In this document: positions 62,018 to 64,000 of the stretch, piece by piece
Layout: each line of letters begins with the position of its first letter
Position numbering within the stretch: the stretch's first letter is position 1
NCBI GenBank assembly: GCA_017450965.1
Contig: JAFSSQ010000010.1
Span: 6,424 to 70,423 of the forward strand
Direction: 5' to 3'
Source: Clostridia bacterium
GTDB taxonomy: Bacteria > Bacillota > Clostridia > Oscillospirales > CAG-272
Length of the DNA: 64,000 nt
Made by a program: the position numbers and the translations under genes
The notes under the pieces: generated by a model
The model's database searches: none
What the model saw: the letters and a program-made list of their open reading frames with translations, nothing else
What the model was told of the DNA's origin: nothing

Positions 62018-63250
62018 TTATACTACGCCTCCGAACTTTTGTCTACGGATTTCCGGTGAAAAGATCAAACTGGTGGCGGTTTTTTTCGTCAGCTCGAAGT
62101 CGACGGTGTCAAGCGGGATCCGCTCCCGGATCAGCGAGGTGTAGATCCCCGCCCGTTCCAGCGCGCCGACGAGGATAAAGCCCTTTAAGAGCCCGTCTTT
62201 GACAAAGAAACGCTTGATCGCGCCGCCCTCCCTTTCCGTTGTCATCTCGCCGTCGCAGACGCCGGCGGACATCACGGAAAGACCGAAAAAGCCGATCGCG
62301 TTCATCGGGATCGCGTTGTCAAGCGCCGCGTCGCCGCCCGCCATATTGACGCCGGCGGTCCGTCCCTGCAGAGAGGCGTTCGGGAGGATCGCGAGGACGC
62401 GGTTTGCGCCGAGGGAAGCGTCGTACCCCTCCGCGCAGTCGCCCGCGGCGTAAACGTCCGGCAGGCTCGTTTCCCCTTTTTCGTTGATCACGACGCCGTG
62501 GTTTACCCTGCCGCCGGCGTCTTTTACAAGCTCCGCGTTCGCCTTCACGCCGACGGCGAGCACGAGCAGATCAAAATCCGCCGTGTCGCCGTTTTTCATA
62601 TACGCGCGGTTTTCTTCAAAGCGTACGGCGGTATCGCCGAGCAGAAAGCGGATCCCGCGCGTTTCCAGATGCGCCTGCACCGGCGCGGCAGAGTCCCCGT
62701 CGAGGATGCTGGAGAGTACGCGGTCGGCGAGGTCGCACACCGTCACGCTGCCGACGCGCGCAAGGATCCCCTCGGCGCACTTCAGCCCGATCAGACCGGC
62801 GCCGACGATCAGGACGCGCGCGTCCGGCGTCAGGGCGCCTTCCAGCGCCAGCGCGTCGTCAAGCGTCATAAAAGTAAACTTCCGTTTGACCGTCTCCAGT
62901 CCCGCAAAAGGCGGTACAAACGGCCGCGACCCGGCGGCGACGCAGAGCGCGTCGTAGGGGAGGGAGGAGCCGTCGTCGAGCGATACGGTCTTTTTTTCCG
63001 GATTTATGGCGGCGGCGCGTCTTCCGTAGAGCGCGCGGCAGCCGTTTTCCTCATAAAATCCGTCGGGGCGGTATTTCATCCGTTCGGGATCGGTTTTGCC
63101 TTCCAGATAGTAGGAGATCAGCGGACGGCAGTAAACGGGACGGGCCTCCTCCGAGATCACGGTGATCCCGCCCTCGCCGTCAAGCGAGCGGATCCCCTCG
63201 ATACAGCCGACCGCCGCCGCTCCGTTGCCGATGATCACGTAGCGTTTCAT
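62018..63250 (-). CDS. FAD/NAD(P)-dependent pyridine nucleotide-disulphide oxidoreductase (partner of split GOGAT)
   Basis: IIGNGAAA, GAGLIGL, TSLPDVYAAGDC. Start at MKRYVII (63250). Confidence 0.88.
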   Translation of the reverse strand: MKRYVIIGNGAAAVGCIEGIRSLDGEGGITVISEEARPVYCRPLISYYLEGKTDPERMKYRPDGFYEENGCRALYGRRAAAINPEKKTVSLDDGSSLPYDALCVAAGSRPFVPPFAGLETVKRKFTFMTLDDALALEGALTPDARVLIVGAGLIGLKCAEGILARVGSVTVCDLADRVLSSILDGDSAAPVQAHLETRGIRFLLGDTAVRFEENRAYMKNGDTADFDLLVLAVGVKANAELVKDAGGRVNHGVVINEKGETSLPDVYAAGDCAEGYDASLGANRVLAILPNASLQGRTAGVNMAGGDAALDNAIPMNAIGFFGLSVMSAGVCDGEMTTEREGGAIKRFFVKDGLLKGFILVGALERAGIYTSLIRERIPLDTVDFELTKKTATSLIFSPEIRRQKFGGVV

Positions 63251-63684
63251 TCGGACTCGCTCCTTTCTTCGTAAACGATGGCGCCGTTCGGGCACCCGGC
63301 GACGCAGGCGGGCTCCCCGCGGCCGCTGCCGAGGCAGAGCTCGCACTTCTGCATGGCGCCGTCCTCCCCGGGCGCCAGCGCGCCGTAGGGACAGACGAGA
63401 ACGCAGGTCAGACACCCCACGCACTTCTGCCGGTCGATCACGACCACGCCCTCCCGCCTGGAGATGGCGCCGGCGATGCAGCTTTTCACGCAGAGGGGAT
63501 CAAGACAGTGGCGGCAGGAAACGGCAAAGGTGATCCGCTCGCCGCCTTCCACGTGGATCCGCGGGAAGATCTTTTTCCCCTTGAGGGAGGTCATGGCTTC
63601 CAGGTTGGAGTTCGCGAAGGCGCAGTTGTATTCGCACAGGTGACAGCCGAGGCACCATTCTTCTTTCACGTAGACGCGTTTCAT
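63247..63684 (-). CDS. 4Fe-4S dicluster ferredoxin-like protein
   Basis: CLGCHLCEYNC, CRHCLDPLCVKSC, CVGCLTCVLVCPYG, KCELC. Confidence 0.92.
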   Translation of the reverse strand: MKRVYVKEEWCLGCHLCEYNCAFANSNLEAMTSLKGKKIFPRIHVEGGERITFAVSCRHCLDPLCVKSCIAGAISRREGVVVIDRQKCVGCLTCVLVCPYGALAPGEDGAMQKCELCLGSGRGEPACVAGCPNGAIVYEERSESE

Positions 63685-63688
63685 CTCA

Positions 63689-64000
63689 TCATTCCCCCGC
63701 GTGGGAGATCCCGAGGATCTCCAGCTCTTTTTCGTTCAGTCCGACGCCCCGCAGCATCAGGCGGTTGCCGCGCAGCGCCTCGACGGAGTTGATCCCCATA
63801 CCGCCCATGATCTCCATGATCTCGTGCCGCCAGGCGGTCATCAGATTGACGAGCCGCGCGGAGCCGATATCGGGGTTGAGGCGCTTGACGAGGTCGGGGC
63901 GCTGGGTGGCGATCCCCCAGTTGCACCGGCCGGTCTGGCAGGTGCGGCAGAGGTGGCAGCCGAGCGCCAGCAGCGCCGCCGTGGCGACGTAGCAGGCGTC
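63689..64000 (-). CDS. Glutamate synthase FMN-binding subunit (GltB2-like), 3' end only
   Basis: Translating the minus strand from 64000 gives DACYVATAALLALGCHLCRTCQTGRCNWGIATQ...HAGE*, which carries the 3Fe-4S cysteine motif. This frame is absent from the ORF track because its start is outside the window. Confidence 0.9.
   Translation of the reverse strand, partial: DACYVATAALLALGCHLCRTCQTGRCNWGIATQRPDLVKRLNPDIGSARLVNLMTAWRHEIMEIMGGMGINSVEALRGNRLMLRGVGLNEKELEILGISHAGE

Noticed and set aside
63681-63926. 81-aa ORF in the track
   Set aside because: Wrong frame. The GltB2 cysteine motif is in the frame ending at 63689.

Overview
High-GC genomic window, most likely from a Gram-positive anaerobe (Clostridia-like). 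This is inferred from the LCP/TagD/TagF genes, many lipoproteins, a split glutamate synthase and SigA-type promoters. Five blocks: (1) 2-18845, a mosaic Wzx/Wzy cell-surface polysaccharide locus with a PIG-L/PLP-decarboxylase/ATP-grasp cassette, glycerol-phosphate genes and an O-acyltransferase frameshifted at a G12 tract. (2) 18985-32486 and 38886-50205, a large carbohydrate-catabolism locus. It has three DUF4185/GH183-like lipoproteins (two lack both predicted catalytic carboxylates), a DUF6259-like hydrolase, an orphan solute-binding protein, two PfkB kinases, a KpsF-like SIS isomerase, an atypical FSA/transaldolase, an Fe-ADH, an AraC regulator, an MhpF/MhpE pair and a diol-dehydratase-like glycyl radical enzyme with its activase. 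A 13-bp motif recurs in three of its promoter regions. (3) 32543-38795, a Fic gene plus an AT-rich type III restriction-modification island lying between the two halves of block 2. (4) 50551-56544, a partner-switching cluster (RsbU-RsbW fusion, STAS, MATE-RsbW fusion, HD hydrolase, STAS-kinase) with no sigma factor. (5) 56632-64000, gltS, an acyltransferase and the 3' part of a split GOGAT-glnA-ANTAR operon. The best candidate for an undescribed system is block 2, which may couple D-arabinan-type glycan capture to glycyl-radical chemistry. No tRNA, rRNA, CRISPR array, transposase or integrase was seen. Family assignments come from motif recognition, not database searches.
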